From a virus (Duplodnaviria; Caudoviricetes): a stretch of 25,803 nucleotides of DNA. Each line of letters begins with the position of its first letter. Position 1 is the first letter of the stretch. Under the pieces are notes generated by a model. It did not search any database and had not been told where the DNA came from. It saw nothing but the letters and a program-made list of their open reading frames with translations. The DNA is taken from IMG/VR virus record IMGVR_UViG_3300034092_001533, positions 1 to 25,803 of that record; one strand, given 5' to 3'. Positions 24,365-25,803 of the stretch are shown here, one piece after another. A program made the position numbers and the translations under genes.

Positions 24365-25084
24365 ATGAAGCTAAAAAGATCAAATGACAGGAAGGTGGCC
24401 AACCTTGTCACAAAAAATGGAAAGCAAGCCGCTATGGCAAATACTTTTGGATTACCTGCTGGTAAAGAATTCTCATGTCCTGGCGCTACTAGTATATGCG
24501 AAAGTGTCTGCTACGCAGGAAAGCTTGAAAAACTCTTCAAAGGAGTAAAAACTAATCTGCTGCATAACTGGGAGCTCCTTAAGGACGCAGATCTTCAGAC
24601 AATGTACTCTCTAATTTCTGACATGATCTCAGAATTTAAAACAGAATGCGTAAAGAAAAATGCGCCTATGTTATTCCGTATACACTGGGACGGAGATTTT
24701 TTTAACGAAGACTACACACATGCATGGAAGCTGGTTATTGAAGAACAGCCCGATATTAAATTTTGGGTATATACTCGTGTTAAGTCCGCTGCACTAATTC
24801 TTAAAGACATCCCTAACTTATCACTATATTATTCTACGGATGATGAGAATCTACCAATTGCTACAGAATTAAAACAGGTTAACGGTGTTAGACTTGCATA
24901 CCTAGGAAAAACTTTTGCTCTTACAGAAACTAAGATGAAAGAAATAACTGGCAAAGTTGGTGCAAAGTGCCCTGAAAACAATAAGTCTATTCCGCTAATT
25001 AGCAATGCAGGATCTGCCTGCGTCTCTTGTGGATTGTGTGTATACGGTAAGGCGGATATTCGATTTAGCGCTACCAAAAAATAG
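24365..25084 (+). CDS. GP88-like protein (Fe-S/radical-SAM-like; mycobacteriophage gp88 family)
   Basis: FGLPAG..SCPGAT..C...CYA, FRIHWDGDF, WVYTR and C-terminal CPE...CVSCGLC. Confidence 0.8.
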   Translation: MKLKRSNDRKVANLVTKNGKQAAMANTFGLPAGKEFSCPGATSICESVCYAGKLEKLFKGVKTNLLHNWELLKDADLQTMYSLISDMISEFKTECVKKNAPMLFRIHWDGDFFNEDYTHAWKLVIEEQPDIKFWVYTRVKSAALILKDIPNLSLYYSTDDENLPIATELKQVNGVRLAYLGKTFALTETKMKEITGKVGAKCPENNKSIPLISNAGSACVSCGLCVYGKADIRFSATKK

Positions 25085-25119
25085 TTAGGGCCCATTAATG
25101 ATTTGGTTTGTTGTTGTTG

Positions 25120-25165
25120 CTGCAGCGGGGATTGTTGTGGTCCCCGTTGCAGGGGTTTTTATTTT
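25120..25165 (+). terminator. Intrinsic terminator
   Basis: CTGCAGCGGGGAT/GTCCCCGTTGCAG 13-bp stem followed by GGGTTTTTATTTT. Confidence 0.7.
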
Positions 25166-25234
25166 ATTTAGATCAGCTCGTAATATATAGCGCTGCGAGG
25201 CGCCCCGCAAATCCATTTTGTCAAATTAAGAACG

Positions 25235-25250
25235 TGTGATTTTTCCCACA
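25235..25250. promoter_or_regulatory. CRP/GlxR-type box (one mismatch)
   Basis: TGTGA-TTTTTC-CCACA. Confidence 0.6.
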
Positions 25251-25297
25251 AAAATAATCAGTAAAATGTCCGATTTGCCCTATTCATAAATTGTAAA

Positions 25298-25319
25298 TGT
25301 CGGTCAGTTCTGATAGAGT
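25298..25319 (+). promoter_or_regulatory. PafBC-type promoter 8
   Basis: TGTCGG-N10-TAGAGT. Confidence 0.75.
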
Positions 25320-25345
25320 TGTATTACTAAACGAAAGGAAGCACA

Positions 25346-25495
25346 ATGGCAAATACACCAAAAATCGGTGAAACAATTACCACTACCAAGTCTGGTATTA
25401 CAGGCAAGGTTGAGGAAGTTGTAAAGAACGCATCTGGCTCGGTGCGTGTCCGTCTAACAGTAGATGGAAAGCCACGCTGGACTACTATCAAGTAG
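25346..25495 (+). CDS. Small basic beta-rich (SH3/KOW-like) protein (49 aa)
   Basis: MANTPKIGETITTTKSGITGKVEEV...; SD GAAAGGA. Confidence 0.7.
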   Translation: MANTPKIGETITTTKSGITGKVEEVVKNASGSVRVRLTVDGKPRWTTIK

Positions 25496-25504
25496 CAAGC
25501 AACG

Positions 25505-25535
25505 CCACCTGAGCAAGTGGAGGGATAAACTGCTC
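25505..25535 (+). ncRNA. Candidate H-type pseudoknot element, copy 2
   Basis: CCAC-CTGAGCAA-GTGG-AGGGA-TAAAC-TGCTC. Confidence 0.6.
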
Positions 25536-25549
25536 AACAAAAACCCTAG

Positions 25550-25571
25550 TGTCTGACCCCTATGTTAGACT
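25550..25571 (+). promoter_or_regulatory. PafBC-type promoter 9
   Basis: TGTCTG-N10-TAGACT. Confidence 0.65.
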
Positions 25572-25608
25572 TAAATAACAACAACAAAAGAAAAGGAAAC
25601 CCTACACA

Positions 25609-25803
25609 ATGGCAAGAAGCGGAAAAGCGATACAGGTAAAAATCGCAACTACTAAGGTTATCAAAGCCTTAGAAATAAGATTAGCCAAACTAGAGGCTGA
25701 TTACACAAAGCAAGATGAAAACGAAGCAAAGTATCAGAAGGCTATGGAAAAATGGCGTAAAGAAATTGGCAAGTGGGCTATTGCTAATTTTGCTAAAGCA
25801 GAA
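25609..25803 (+). CDS. Hypothetical coiled-coil protein, truncated by the window edge
   Basis: MARSGKAIQVKIATTKVIKALE...; SD AAAGGA; no stop in the window. Confidence 0.75.
   Translation, partial: MARSGKAIQVKIATTKVIKALEIRLAKLEADYTKQDENEAKYQKAMEKWRKEIGKWAIANFAKAE

Noticed and set aside
24202-24387. 61-aa ORF
   Set aside because: Overlaps tRNA-Asp and the promoter
25098-25200. Short hydrophobic ORF after the GP88-like gene
   Set aside because: No clear SD, and the sequence is better explained as a GC-rich terminator hairpin with a U-tract
19850-25320. CRISPR array or integron attC array suggested by the recurring repeats
   Set aside because: The repeats are about 1 kb apart, variable and separated by multi-gene cassettes. 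There are no constant 30-40 nt spacers, no cas or integrase gene, and no attC RYYYAAC/GTTRRRY ends recognised.
1-25803. Stop-codon reassignment suggested by the many tiny ORFs
   Set aside because: Long genes end normally in TAA, TAG or TGA. The small ORFs mostly end in TAA with TAATG coupling and their own SD sites, and there is no suppressor tRNA.

Overview
Fragment of a low-GC tailed-phage genome, most likely a large phage of Actinobacteria. The host inference rests on leaderless genes, an actinobacterial-type LexA box, PafBC-type promoters, a GP88-like gene and an r1t-like holin. 1-11 kb (minus strand) is a cluster of tail-fibre/baseplate-like genes (collagen, Fn3 and Gly-rich modules). 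11-19.4 kb holds a class II (B12-dependent) ribonucleotide reductase, a glycosyltransferase, an SLT-like muralytic enzyme, tRNA-Gly, a CHAP endolysin plus holin, Hsp20, a thermonuclease and small accessory genes. 19.4-19.8 kb is an AT-rich non-coding switch region containing a promoter-driven candidate structured RNA. 19.8-25.8 kb (plus strand) is an early-type region of tiny ORFs in 0.3-1 kb cassettes, with tRNA-Asp. The main discovery is that the spacers between these cassettes are dense mosaics of motifs matching host regulator sites: nine TGTC(R)G-N10-TAnnnT promoters (PafBC/RecA-NDp DNA-damage type), eight CRP-type TGTGA-N6-TCACA boxes, a perfect TCGAAC-N4-GTTCGA LexA box, GACAC-containing GC-rich repeats and a TTACT-N4-AGTAA palindrome. 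Also found: two covarying copies of a small H-type pseudoknot, a ROSE-like thermometer upstream of hsp20, and a covarying 5'UTR hairpin. All protein family and regulator assignments come from motif recognition by eye; no searches were run.
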